A stretch of DNA of 64,000 bases from an uncultured Lachnospiraceae bacterium (GTDB lineage Bacteria; Bacillota; Clostridia; Lachnospirales; Lachnospiraceae). The stretch is from assembly GCA_910588215.1 (NCBI GenBank), contig CAJUQJ010000012.1, positions 14 through 64,013 on the forward strand, written 5' to 3'. Below, in pieces: positions 32,331 to 42,698 of this stretch. The notes under the pieces were generated by a model. It made no database searches. It was not told the origin of the DNA and saw only the letters and a program-made list of their open reading frames with translations. The first letter of the stretch is position 1. Every line of letters begins with the position of its first letter. Position numbers and translations under genes: made by a program.

Positions 32331-33564
32331 ACAGCCTATCCAGCCCTATTAGGTAAGAAAAAGCTTCCCTTACCTTTCTCTTTCCGTTCGCAGCAATCTG
32401 TCTGCGCTCTTCCTCATGGGACAAATAGTACGCAGCCTTAGCAAGGCAGTCTTCCAGACTATCAAACGTAACGATCTCTGTCCCTTCCGCAAAATATTCC
32501 GCGATCTCAGGCTGCCAATTAGACAGCACGAAGCCGCCGCAAGCCATGATATCCAACACCCGAAGCGGTATTCCTGAGTGGATGGACCGCAGGGAAATAT
32601 TAAGGTTGATCTTGCTGCCTGCAAAGACAAGAGGCATCTGCGTACGATAATCGACTGTACCGTGATGAAACAGATCCAGTGCAGGCAATGCACCTGTATC
32701 AGAACCCGTATATAATCGAAAATCATATTGACCGCCAAGACCTTTGCCTGTATCGGCATCCGGTTTATTCCCAGTTCCGGAATTTCCCGCAGAATAATTC
32801 GCCATCCGTGTCAGGAGAATCCTTCTTTCCTCCACCGTCACCTTTTTTTCAAGGACTGCTGCCAGAAGGATCTCTTCCGGCTTTGCATCGTAATCTTCTC
32901 CCAGCATCAGGCCCAGTTTTTCCATCTGTGTCTGCATCATGTGCAGGTCTATGCGGCCATCAAGGACGGCCTGCCCTAAGTGATCCTCATGATATGCGAA
33001 GCACTGCCTGTGAATGCCGGACTCATCAGCCGCCTTACTCGCCGTCCCGAACAACCTGTCATAATAATTATGTGCATCCGTGTACAGTGAGCCCACAAAT
33101 GAAATATCACATCGAAATCTTTCCTTCTCTTCCGTTGATGCCTGCCCGATGATACTGTCAAAATATGGCACATCCGCTGCCAACGGCACATGATAGACCG
33201 TATCTATCCCATGATCTTCCCGCAGATGTCTGACCATCTCCCGGTCGAAGATACCGATACGATTGCATGGAAGTGCAATCTGCTTCGCATATAGCGTAAA
33301 ATGCGGGCAATCATATACCCACGCATAATAAGGGATTCGGCAGGTATTGCAGATCATGGAGAGCATCGGAAAATAGTTGAAGGAAATGACCGCCTCCGCA
33401 CCATGCGCATGGATAAAGGGCAGCAGCCCCATCGCCAGTTCCATGTCACGGGTGTAGTGCTTACACTCCTTACGAAACCACACGACTTCGAACCCCAGCC
33501 CGCTCAAATTATCCGCCAATATCTGCTCATTGTTTGCATTCCAGGAATATAGTATCAGTTTCAT
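32311..33564 (-). CDS. CgeB-family (DUF3880) glycosyltransferase
   Basis: SFNYFP, WVYDCP, SFVGSLY, SKINLNISLRSIHSGIPLRVLDIMACGGF. Confidence 0.85.
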   Translation of the reverse strand: MKLILYSWNANNEQILADNLSGLGFEVVWFRKECKHYTRDMELAMGLLPFIHAHGAEAVISFNYFPMLSMICNTCRIPYYAWVYDCPHFTLYAKQIALPCNRIGIFDREMVRHLREDHGIDTVYHVPLAADVPYFDSIIGQASTEEKERFRCDISFVGSLYTDAHNYYDRLFGTASKAADESGIHRQCFAYHEDHLGQAVLDGRIDLHMMQTQMEKLGLMLGEDYDAKPEEILLAAVLEKKVTVEERRILLTRMANYSAGNSGTGNKPDADTGKGLGGQYDFRLYTGSDTGALPALDLFHHGTVDYRTQMPLVFAGSKINLNISLRSIHSGIPLRVLDIMACGGFVLSNWQPEIAEYFAEGTEIVTFDSLEDCLAKAAYYLSHEEERRQIAANGKRKVREAFSYLIGLDRLFSPPTL

Positions 33565-34733
33565 CTTTTCTTCCATTCCGAAGCGCTTTGCGCTGAGGAC
33601 TTTTGCCACTCTTCTGCATCTGCCAAATATTCCACAATAAACTTCTCTTTTTCCCCGTCATAATTCTGCAGATTGATGAACCCACAATCATGCACGCACC
33701 ATGGCCTCTTCATATTGGGTACCACCACCTGATACCCCCTGCGCCAAAACTCCATGCTCTGGGAGCAGTCATAAAAATCCCATTTACAGAAAAGGTCTTC
33801 CCGCCAGGGAATATCGTACTGTGTCACCATCAGAAAGCCGTCTATCGCATCCACTTCCATATAAGGCAATTCATCCGAAAACGCATTGGAAAGCAGTTTA
33901 GTCTCATAGATATGCTGCTCATACAACATTCCATACCGGTCCGCATCCCACATCACACCTGTGGGCGGCATCTTTCCCACCCCCACGTTTCCGATCATGC
34001 CGACTTGTGGATTCGCCCTGAAAATACGCAGACATTCCTCTATAAAATCCGGATTGATTATGAAAGTGTCATGATGCAGGTACACCTTATACTTTGCCTC
34101 AGAACACTGCATTGCCTCATTGTAGGCCGAAGTCAGAGACTTCGCTTCCTCAACTGTCAGCACGTTGACCTGTATGCCATCCGGCACACGCAAATGGTTG
34201 ATATAATGAATACATTCCTGCGAATACACTGCATTATTCGTACAGATGATAAAGCAGAATATGTCGGAAACATCCTTGCCAAGCTCATTGTCTTCATCTG
34301 CTGTATCCACACTGTCTGCATCCGGCATTCGATCAGAAAGCACCCCTTCATTGATCGCCCGAAGCACCTTATCCCTGTTCACAATACTGAAATCTATCAC
34401 TCTCAGTAATTCATAGGAAGAGATACGGTTCTGTAAGAGAAACTGATAGAACGACTCCATCTCATCCAGAACATCGAAATCAATCCTTCTCAGATAGAAC
34501 TTCAATGCGGTATAACGGTCCAGCAATTCATCCATGTCGGAAATCTTTGAGAAGAGCACCTGCTCCCCTGCCGCCTTCTCACGCTCACAGATCGTGCACA
34601 GATAGCAGACCATGGCCAGGTCATTATCGTGCTCTGTCGTATCTTTATATGATAGCAATAGCGGCTTGATATCATCGTATTTACCATTCTTCAACAGATC
34701 ATTGACCTGCTGCTTCAACTGATCGGCATCCAT
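33561..34733 (-). CDS. Unknown N-terminal helical domain fused to a GT2-like (Glyco_tranf_2_5-type) domain
   Basis: CFIICTN, YKVYLHHD, DGFLMVTQYDIPWREDLF, WDFYD. Confidence 0.8.
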   Translation of the reverse strand: MDADQLKQQVNDLLKNGKYDDIKPLLLSYKDTTEHDNDLAMVCYLCTICEREKAAGEQVLFSKISDMDELLDRYTALKFYLRRIDFDVLDEMESFYQFLLQNRISSYELLRVIDFSIVNRDKVLRAINEGVLSDRMPDADSVDTADEDNELGKDVSDIFCFIICTNNAVYSQECIHYINHLRVPDGIQVNVLTVEEAKSLTSAYNEAMQCSEAKYKVYLHHDTFIINPDFIEECLRIFRANPQVGMIGNVGVGKMPPTGVMWDADRYGMLYEQHIYETKLLSNAFSDELPYMEVDAIDGFLMVTQYDIPWREDLFCKWDFYDCSQSMEFWRRGYQVVVPNMKRPWCVHDCGFINLQNYDGEKEKFIVEYLADAEEWQKSSAQSASEWKKR

Positions 34734-34820
34734 ATCTTTTCCTTTCGATCATTCCTACCGGCACCTCATACCTGTTTCAACACAATTCCCATGAAAAGTA
34801 CTTCTGATCATTTTGTATCC

Positions 34821-36851
34821 TCAACGTTTCTGTGCCTTAACCGTATACTGGAACGTCTCATACATCCAGGCCTCTGTATTCTTCGACAGTTTGAGCAGGA
34901 TATTCATGATCTCCCGCTGCCGATTAGACAGATTGAACACGGTTCCGTTGATGTCCTTGACTTCATATCCAGCCTCCTGAAAGAGTGACATGATCTCGTA
35001 GTAGGTAAAGAAATGAATATGCGTCCTGTCCAACAGCCCTGTATCGCTGTAGCGAAATCTTCCTTCGATCAACTCTTCCATCACGGAAATATGCATCACA
35101 TTAGGTATACTCGCAATTATATATCCATTTTCGTGCAGCAGCTCCCGGCACATCCTGACCACTTCCTCCGGATGCCGCAAATGCTCCAGTACATCGCCGA
35201 AGATGATATAGTCGAATTTCTCCTTAAAAGGAATGGACAATTCATCGATATTTCCATACTTCACTCTGGCAATATGCCTGGCTATGTCCACTGCCGCTTC
35301 GTTAATATCCAGACCATAGGTCTGGCAGTTCGGATAGCAGGACTTGATCTCAAACAGCGTCGCACCCAGATCACATCCCACTTCAAGCACCTTGAATTCC
35401 CGTTCGGACGGTTCTTTAATATACTTCACCAGTGTCTTGTTGGGACGCAGATTAAAATAATTCATCCCCCAGGCCGCTTTCATAAAGGTTCTGTCTTCTG
35501 CCTGCCATTGCCAGGCTACGGCATAAATCTCTTCTCCCTGACTGAAACTCTCCCATGCACACGCCCGCTGGCAGATCACCTGTCCAAGATTATTCTGTAT
35601 CATGCGGAGTACATAATCTGTCAGCACATTGTCCGGAGATTGCAGTTCCTCCCGGAAAAGCCCGACGTTCTCAAACAATTCCTTCCTCGCTGCCCAGATC
35701 CGCCAGTTGGAAGACAATGTCCGACAGGACGCATTACCACTATGTCGAATCCGTTCATCCCTCGCAAACATAGCAAGCGCATCCCTTCCGGTAATCGCGT
35801 TACCGTCGTCACCATAATAATTAGTGACCGGATTCGCAACACCCACACTATCAGTGCACAAAGCAGATAGCAGCTCCGGCAGACTTTCCTTTCCCGGGTA
35901 TACGCCGGCCTCCATAAAGATAATATGCTCTTCTACCGCAAAATTCTCTAATACAGTATTCCACAGCCTGCCATAGCCCTGTATGCCCTCATCAAACCAC
36001 AGATACTCGTAGGACCTGGATGCAAGCCAATCCGCCGTACCATCCGTGGAACCGTTGTCCACTATGACAATATTGGAAATGCCCTCCATATCGGAAAGCC
36101 ATTCCAAAGTATCCTGCAGCTGAACTTTACGGTTACAGGTGCTCAGGATCACCGTTGCCTTAAGAACCTCTTTATCTTGTAAAGCGGGTATCTCCTGCCC
36201 ATACTCCTTGATAAATTTGAGCCGTTCCTTATCATAGTTCATCAGACTCACGAAACCGCTGTCATGAATGCACCAGGGTTTTCCCAATTTGGGCACCACC
36301 ACCTTATAGCCGCGTCTGGCAAATTCTTTGCTCTGCGCACAGTCATAGAAATCCCACTGATCAAACAGATCTTCTCTCCATGGAATATCGTACTGAGTTA
36401 TCATCAGAAATCCATCTATCACTTCGACCTCTGTCTGCGCATCGTCTGACATCCAGATTTCCTCCGTTTGCTGCGCAGTCCACTTATACAATGCCCCCTT
36501 CCTGGGGCCTTCCCACATGACCCCACTCGCCGGCAGTCTGGGCGCTCCGATCATACCGATCATGCCGATCGTTTCATCCTGTCTGAATACATCCAGAAAG
36601 TCCTGTATAAAATTCTTATTGACGATAAAGACATCCTGATGCAGATATACTTTATACTTTGCATCAGATGCATACATGCCTTCGTTATACCCTGCCGCCA
36701 TAGACTTGGCATCCTCGATCGTCAAAACATTGATCTGATATCCATCCGGAACATGCAGATGCGCAATGTAATAGATACACTCCTCTGTATACAACTGGTC
36801 GTTGCTGCATATGATAAAACAGACTTCCTTGTCTCTGACTACTTTACTCAT
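34821..36851 (-). CDS. Fusion of GT2-like, GT2 and class I SAM methyltransferase domains
   Basis: YKVYLHQD...WDFYD; IVDNGSTDGT; VLEVGCDLG, FDYIIFGDVLEHL, GLLDRTHIHFFT. Confidence 0.85.
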   Translation of the reverse strand: MSKVVRDKEVCFIICSNDQLYTEECIYYIAHLHVPDGYQINVLTIEDAKSMAAGYNEGMYASDAKYKVYLHQDVFIVNKNFIQDFLDVFRQDETIGMIGMIGAPRLPASGVMWEGPRKGALYKWTAQQTEEIWMSDDAQTEVEVIDGFLMITQYDIPWREDLFDQWDFYDCAQSKEFARRGYKVVVPKLGKPWCIHDSGFVSLMNYDKERLKFIKEYGQEIPALQDKEVLKATVILSTCNRKVQLQDTLEWLSDMEGISNIVIVDNGSTDGTADWLASRSYEYLWFDEGIQGYGRLWNTVLENFAVEEHIIFMEAGVYPGKESLPELLSALCTDSVGVANPVTNYYGDDGNAITGRDALAMFARDERIRHSGNASCRTLSSNWRIWAARKELFENVGLFREELQSPDNVLTDYVLRMIQNNLGQVICQRACAWESFSQGEEIYAVAWQWQAEDRTFMKAAWGMNYFNLRPNKTLVKYIKEPSEREFKVLEVGCDLGATLFEIKSCYPNCQTYGLDINEAAVDIARHIARVKYGNIDELSIPFKEKFDYIIFGDVLEHLRHPEEVVRMCRELLHENGYIIASIPNVMHISVMEELIEGRFRYSDTGLLDRTHIHFFTYYEIMSLFQEAGYEVKDINGTVFNLSNRQREIMNILLKLSKNTEAWMYETFQYTVKAQKR

Positions 36852-37282
36852 ATCACTATTTCTCCACTTAACATCTTATCCTTAATGATCCGCAACACCT
36901 TTTCCTTATCAATGTTCCCACAGTACATAACGGCAAACAATTCCTGAAGCGATACGTGATTCATCGACAGAAACTGCCGGAAATCTGCCATGCTGTCGTC
37001 CATGATATCAAATTCAAATCTTCTGAGATAAAACATCAATATCGTATAACGGCGGACAAGTTCTTCCAGACTGTTCACTTTATCATAAACCGTTTGCTGC
37101 CCTGCCTCTTTCTCCTGATCACATACAGAAAGCATGACCCTGGCGATCGCCAGATCATTGATCTCATCTATGATCTGCTTATCCGTCTGAAGCAGCGTGC
37201 AGATCTCATCATACTGCCTTCCCGACAGCAATTGATCGAACCGTTCTTTCAGAACCAAATCCCATCTCACTTGTTCACTCAT
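36848..37282 (-). CDS. Hypothetical protein homologous to the N-terminal domain of 33561-34733
   Basis: Shared NDLA...EKxAGxQ...RYTxLxFYLRRxxFD pattern. Confidence 0.75.
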   Translation of the reverse strand: MSEQVRWDLVLKERFDQLLSGRQYDEICTLLQTDKQIIDEINDLAIARVMLSVCDQEKEAGQQTVYDKVNSLEELVRRYTILMFYLRRFEFDIMDDSMADFRQFLSMNHVSLQELFAVMYCGNIDKEKVLRIIKDKMLSGEIVI

Positions 37283-37436
37283 CTTTACCTCCATGCCGAA
37301 GCGTTTTACGCTGAGGACGCGAGCAGAATTTCAGATTCTGCTCTGCGATCTCGAGTTTGTGGCTCCGGCACAAACTCGCAGTTGAAAAATCAGCACATCA
37401 GTGTGATTTTTCAACCTTACCTCCATGCCGAAGCGT
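37280..37436. repeat. REP-like hairpin cluster flanked by a 20-bp direct repeat
   Basis: TTACCTCCATGCCGAAGCGT occurs twice, with three inverted repeats between; 37280-37318 also resembles 33562-33600. Confidence 0.75.
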
Positions 37437-37466
37437 CACAATCTCTAACTGAACTTGTTCAGTCAG

Positions 37467-37790
37467 TTACACTAAAATGTAATCCATTCTTTCAACATAG
37501 ATACTTCCGCAGAACATTAGATATTCTCCCCCAGCATAGGATATTCCTACGTTTCTTGCACCACCCTGCCTGAGATTTTCCGACAGGGAAACTGCCATGA
37601 CCGAATCCGGAAACCTTCTTTCTGTTTCTACGATCCTGGTCCATGTCTGCCCGTCGTCCGTAGAAGCATCATCCACCAGTATGATCTCCAGATTCTCAAT
37701 ACCTATGGTCTGGTTGACAAGACTATCGATACATCTGTCCAGATACTGCACAGCATTATAGCAGGGAACTACAATACTAACCTTTTTCAT
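37467..37790 (-). pseudogene. Truncated GT2 glycosyltransferase
   Basis: VSIVVPCYN, LVDDASTD, GGARNVG, then the sequence breaks where the DxD motif should be (YLMFCGSIY); only 107 aa. Confidence 0.8.
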
Positions 37791-37796
37791 AGGCCA

Positions 37797-38981
37797 CTAT
37801 ACTCCTCCCTCATCCTCTGTCACCCAATCTAACAGTCTCTTGATCTTCTTCTCATAAGTATAATCGTTCATCGCCTTCTCATGGCCTGCTCTCGCGATCT
37901 GCTCCCTCTCTTCTTCATGTTCCAGATAATAATCCACCTTCTGTATCAATTCCTCCGGCGTCCGGAACATGACGATCTCTTTGTCTTCTTCAAACAACTC
38001 TGCTGTCTCCTCACAGTAATTGGTCAGCACAAATCCGCCCGCCCCCATAATATCCATAATACGCTGCGTCGTACCGCCCTCGATCCCTTTCAATGCGATA
38101 TTCAGATTGATCTTGGTGCCTGCGTAGATAAAGGAAGTGGCCTCTCCCACCTGTACGGGTGGCCGTCGATGAACTTTAGGCATTAACGTTTCGTCCACTT
38201 CACTGTAGGTATACAAATACACATCATGATCTTCCGCCAGCAGATTCAGAACACACACACGTTCGATATTGGCCAGCTTCCGAATCAGATACATTGCCTC
38301 AAAGTAACGTACGTCTTCTACATTATATGGATTGTTAATTTTGAGTGTCGGGCTCACCAGCTTCATATATTCCAGGATCTCCTGCCCCGTCTTACCATAA
38401 ACCCGATTGACTCCATCCCATTTGAAAGCTGCTTCCTCAAAGATGCTGCGAAAATATGCCTGCATATTTTCCGGAAGCAGGTCAAGGCATCGGTCATAAG
38501 CATTGTCTTCATACAGATTGGCGATCAGGCTGATATCATGGATATATCTTCTCTTGGCCAGAAAACGCTTCTTCCACGCAAGTATATTCTCTCTGTTTAC
38601 CGACAGCGGCTGATACATAACATGTGGGCATCCCCCCTGCCGCATTCTCTCGGCATCCAGTTTATCAAAGGCGGAATACCAGATATTATCCAGCGTCCCC
38701 ATAACAGTGTATGCCTTCAGATAAGGAGCATCCCAGATTACGGATATGTACTTGATCCCTGCCCAGTAAGCAGCTACCGCAACATTATAGATCAAATGGA
38801 TCGACATCAGATGTGTGATGCCATGCTCTTTCACATAGGCCACCAACGCATTGATCTTCTCTTCGTCCATATTGGACGTGTCCTGAACCTCCGGATATTC
38901 CATAACATCACATTGTAACTTTCGCAAAGTCTGTACGATGTTTTTCTCCGTGGAAAGGCCGTACACATATAATATCTTCAT
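37797..38981 (-). CDS. CgeB-family glycosyltransferase (WDAPY subfamily)
   Basis: THLMSIH, WDAPY, AAFKWDGVNR, KINLNIALKGIEGGT. Confidence 0.85.
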   Translation of the reverse strand: MKILYVYGLSTEKNIVQTLRKLQCDVMEYPEVQDTSNMDEEKINALVAYVKEHGITHLMSIHLIYNVAVAAYWAGIKYISVIWDAPYLKAYTVMGTLDNIWYSAFDKLDAERMRQGGCPHVMYQPLSVNRENILAWKKRFLAKRRYIHDISLIANLYEDNAYDRCLDLLPENMQAYFRSIFEEAAFKWDGVNRVYGKTGQEILEYMKLVSPTLKINNPYNVEDVRYFEAMYLIRKLANIERVCVLNLLAEDHDVYLYTYSEVDETLMPKVHRRPPVQVGEATSFIYAGTKINLNIALKGIEGGTTQRIMDIMGAGGFVLTNYCEETAELFEEDKEIVMFRTPEELIQKVDYYLEHEEEREQIARAGHEKAMNDYTYEKKIKRLLDWVTEDEGGV

Positions 38982-39072
38982 TTTAAATTCCAATCTTATA
39001 TCGCTTTTTTTCACTATCTATAATATAATAAAAAACAGCACAAAAGTAAACCGCAAATAAGTGAGGCGCCAA

Positions 39073-41469
39073 ATGTCTGTATCTATCTATACAATGACCC
39101 ATGTACCTTTTACTCCGCCGGAAGATCCGATCTACATCCCGCTTCAGGTCGGCCGTGCCCTTCATGACGACCTGGGATATCAGGGTGACGATACGGGCGA
39201 TACTATTTCCGCACTGAATCCCTACTACAGCGAACTGACCGGCCTGTACTGGATCTGGAAAAATGTAAACGATGCAGACTATCTTGGTCTGTGCCATTAT
39301 CGCCGATATTTCCTGAATGAAAACGGCACATTGATGACCAAAGCCGATTATCTGCACATCTTTTCCCGCTATGACGTGATTCTGTCCAGGCCGCAGGCCG
39401 GCGCCTATGATTATCGTACAGTCTACAGCCGTTCCCACGATGTCCGCAATCTGGATATGACAGGTGAGGTCATACAGGAACTGTATCCTGAGTATTTCGA
39501 TACCTTCCAGCACGTGATCAGCGATACCTCCTGTTATATAGGAAACTTATTTGCTGCCCCCAAAGCGTTATTCCACGCCTACTGCAAATGGTTGTTTTCT
39601 ATTTTCGCCGTGCTGGAGACGCGCATTGACGTCAGCGGTTATGACGATTACCATAAAAGAGTATTCGGTTTTCTGTCGGAGCAGTTACTGATCGTATGGA
39701 TAAAATACAATCAGCTGTCTTATTATGAAGCGCCTGTCGGTCTTATCCAGGAAAAAGCCGAGACAATAAGTCTCAAAAATGAGCTGCAGTCTCTGCTGCA
39801 TACAGGAAGCGTCACCGATGCCTGGCAGTATCTGTGTTCCGCGCTGGATAAACGTCCCGATCTGTCGCTTCAGCTGTCTGACTTTAACCAGGAATTGATT
39901 CTCATCGAGCATATTCTCAATGTATGCAGAATCGAAGAGGAGGAAGAACTGCCTACTCTTCTGCAATTTTCAAAAGATCTCGGCACACTGATCCGGCATT
40001 TCCGACTTCTGCTGAGCATTGTTGAGCATATAGGGAACAACATCGCCACCGAAGAGGAGATTCGTTATCTCCTTGACTGCCGGGTCTCCTATAAAGCAAT
40101 CGTCTATATGATGCAGAATTTTAAGCAGTTGTCCGGTACGCCGCAGATATGGCTGAACACTTTGGCAGGTCTGTACGCAGATGCCGAAGAATATTTGACC
40201 GCCCTGTCTTTCCTGGAAGAAGCTCTTGCCATTTGCGAGACGAACAGGAACACGCTGTCCAATATCATCACCATTCTGGAGCATATGGGACAATCGGAAA
40301 TAGCTGAAGAATACCGACGACTTTATCTTGCCCTCCCTCGAAGGATCACGGTCTTCATGGGCGGGAGCATTCCCGTTCTGAACTATATGGCCAAGCAGTA
40401 TGCTGCCAGTGCAGAACTACTGGGCTGTACAGTATTCCGCTATGACAAGTCCACTATGGAAGATAGTTTTGCAAGGCTGCTCCTTTTCCGTGAAAACGGT
40501 CTGGATGCTGCCGTCGTTTTCAACAATGTCTGTTTCCAAATGATGCTTGAATGCGGCAAAAGCCTCTGGGACCTATGGGATATTCCCTGCTACAACATCA
40601 TCGTAGATCATCCTATGTACTATGCCGACACTCTGGACCATGCGCCCAAAAACGGTGTTGTTGCCTGTGCAGACCGCAATCACCAACACTACATCAGTCG
40701 CTTCTATCCCACTGTGAGGAAGACTCTGTTCCTCCCCACTGCCGGACAGTGTCTGAAACCCTTTGCCGAACTAAAGCCCTTTGCCGAACGTTCTATTGAT
40801 GTCCTCTTTATTGGCGCCTACAAATATGATGACAGTTATTCTTATGATTCTTTCGATTCACAGTTGACAGAAGAACTGATCCGAAACCCGGAACGAACCT
40901 TCGAGGATACCGTTGAACACTGCCTGCGATCTGGTCAGACCAGTCTGAACGAGGACGAATTGAAAAGCTTCCTTCAAGCACATTGCTTCGTTGACACAAA
41001 TACCGGCGCACTGTTTCGTAGAGAAATTCTCAGGACGCTTGTCAATGCCGGAATAACCGTCACTGTATATGGCGATCGCTTTGAAAAGACCGATCTGTTG
41101 AAGTACCCTAACTTTATCTACAAAGGGCGCTGCTCCACCGAAGAAGGTATCCGCCTCATGGAAGACAGTAAGATCGTATTAAATCAGTTGGCATGGTTCA
41201 AAGACGGTTCCAGCGAAAGAATCTATGAAGCCATGCTGCAGGGCGCAGTGGCGCTCACGGATGACAGCGCCTATTTAAGAGAAACCTTTATCGATGATGT
41301 CGATATCAAATTCTATTCTCTGGCATACTTAGACAGACTGCCTGCTCTCGTCCGCTCTATCCTTGACGATCCGCAGAACACAGAAATGCTGCGGACGAAT
41401 GCCTATCGCAAAGCAGCTGCGCAGCACACATGGCTGCAGCGCACGGAATCCTTACTGGCAGATTTCTAA
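39073..41469 (+). CDS. DUF4422 (GT111-like) domain + helical/TPR-like region + CgeB-type glycosyltransferase domain
   Basis: DDTGDTISALNPYYSELTGLYWIWKN, GLCHYRRYF, RVFGFLSEQL; C-terminal SKIVLN...ERIYEAM. Confidence 0.85.
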   Translation: MSVSIYTMTHVPFTPPEDPIYIPLQVGRALHDDLGYQGDDTGDTISALNPYYSELTGLYWIWKNVNDADYLGLCHYRRYFLNENGTLMTKADYLHIFSRYDVILSRPQAGAYDYRTVYSRSHDVRNLDMTGEVIQELYPEYFDTFQHVISDTSCYIGNLFAAPKALFHAYCKWLFSIFAVLETRIDVSGYDDYHKRVFGFLSEQLLIVWIKYNQLSYYEAPVGLIQEKAETISLKNELQSLLHTGSVTDAWQYLCSALDKRPDLSLQLSDFNQELILIEHILNVCRIEEEEELPTLLQFSKDLGTLIRHFRLLLSIVEHIGNNIATEEEIRYLLDCRVSYKAIVYMMQNFKQLSGTPQIWLNTLAGLYADAEEYLTALSFLEEALAICETNRNTLSNIITILEHMGQSEIAEEYRRLYLALPRRITVFMGGSIPVLNYMAKQYAASAELLGCTVFRYDKSTMEDSFARLLLFRENGLDAAVVFNNVCFQMMLECGKSLWDLWDIPCYNIIVDHPMYYADTLDHAPKNGVVACADRNHQHYISRFYPTVRKTLFLPTAGQCLKPFAELKPFAERSIDVLFIGAYKYDDSYSYDSFDSQLTEELIRNPERTFEDTVEHCLRSGQTSLNEDELKSFLQAHCFVDTNTGALFRREILRTLVNAGITVTVYGDRFEKTDLLKYPNFIYKGRCSTEEGIRLMEDSKIVLNQLAWFKDGSSERIYEAMLQGAVALTDDSAYLRETFIDDVDIKFYSLAYLDRLPALVRSILDDPQNTEMLRTNAYRKAAAQHTWLQRTESLLADF

Positions 41470-41480
41470 CATCGATACTC

Positions 41481-41507
41481 AAAAAGGCTGGCACATGGCC
41501 AGCCTTT
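41481..41507. terminator. Bidirectional terminator-like hairpin after flagellin 41634
   Basis: AAAGGCTGGC-N-GCCAGCCTTT between convergent genes. Confidence 0.6.
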
Positions 41508-41633
41508 CTATTTCTTATGATACCGATCATCCATGTCAGAGCAGTTTACTGCGATGACACGCGTCGGAAATCTCAAATTGCCGATTGAGAAATCATTGCA
41601 TCAGCATAATATCTCAATCTATGCTTCTCAGTA

Positions 41634-42698
41634 TTAACCAAGTAAGGACAGTGCCAACTGATTAGACTGATTAGCCTGTGACAACATGGATGTACCTGCC
41701 TGCTGCAGAATGTTGTTATTCGCATATCTAACCATCTCTGTAGCGATATCCGTGTCACGGATCTGTGCTTCTGCAGATGTGGTATTCTCTACGATGTTAT
41801 CCAGGTTGCTGATGGTGTGCTCCAGTCTGTTCTGGATCGCACCGAGGTCGGAACGCTGCTGTGATACGTCTTTGATCGCATGCTTCGCAAATGCATTCAG
41901 CGCTGCGAAATCTGCTGCCGTAGGCGCGTTCGCGGTGTCAAGCGTTGTAGATGAAGAAATCTGAACTTTACCAGCCGCTGCCGTACCCGTAAGGGTTGTG
42001 TCAACAACATCAGTTTTCTCAAATGCATAGAACTTCCGCAGCATATCCAGCGTCAGATAGTTATCACCTGCGATATACTTCTTCGAATCTGTTGCTCCAG
42101 CCAGCGATAAATCACCAGTCGCAACGCCACCAGCTTCCTCGGTACTGTCAATATTAGCCACACCGAAGGTAACCTTGTCATTCACTGCCTTAGCGATCAA
42201 TTCATTGGTGCTCATATTGCTGATCGTGATACCGATATGCTGACCGGATTCTGCACCAACCTGAAGACCCTTGTTGGAGAAAGAACCATCCAGCAGGCTC
42301 TGCTCATTGAATGTGGTCGTGCTCTGTACACGGTCGATCTCGCTCATCAGCTGCTTAACCTCAGCCTGGATATAGCTGCGGTCTGCAGATGTCAAAGTAC
42401 CGTTCTCACCCTTTACAGCCAGCTCATTCATTCTCTGCAGCATATCCTGTACTTCATTCAATGCGCCTTCTGCTGTCTGTACACAGGAGATACCGTCCTG
42501 AGCGTTAGCGGATGCCTGTGTCAGTCCACGGATCTGTCTTCTCATCTTCTCGGAAATAGACAAGCCTGCAGCATCATCTGCCGCACGATTGATCTTGTAA
42601 CCGGATGACAGCTTCTCTGTGGACTTAGCCTGTGCAGCTGTTGTCAGGCCAAGCATTCTGTTAGAGTTCATTGCCGTAATGTTGTGCTGTACTACCAT
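41634..42698 (-). CDS. fliC: Flagellin (copy 1)
   Basis: EKLSSGYKINRAADDAAGLSISEKMR...LGAIQNRLEH...LSLLG. Confidence 0.97.
   Translation of the reverse strand: MVVQHNITAMNSNRMLGLTTAAQAKSTEKLSSGYKINRAADDAAGLSISEKMRRQIRGLTQASANAQDGISCVQTAEGALNEVQDMLQRMNELAVKGENGTLTSADRSYIQAEVKQLMSEIDRVQSTTTFNEQSLLDGSFSNKGLQVGAESGQHIGITISNMSTNELIAKAVNDKVTFGVANIDSTEEAGGVATGDLSLAGATDSKKYIAGDNYLTLDMLRKFYAFEKTDVVDTTLTGTAAAGKVQISSSTTLDTANAPTAADFAALNAFAKHAIKDVSQQRSDLGAIQNRLEHTISNLDNIVENTTSAEAQIRDTDIATEMVRYANNNILQQAGTSMLSQANQSNQLALSLLG

Noticed and set aside
37280..37436. Possible mini CRISPR array (20-bp repeat twice)
   Set aside because: Only two copies, the spacer is over 100 bp and palindromic, and there are no cas genes.
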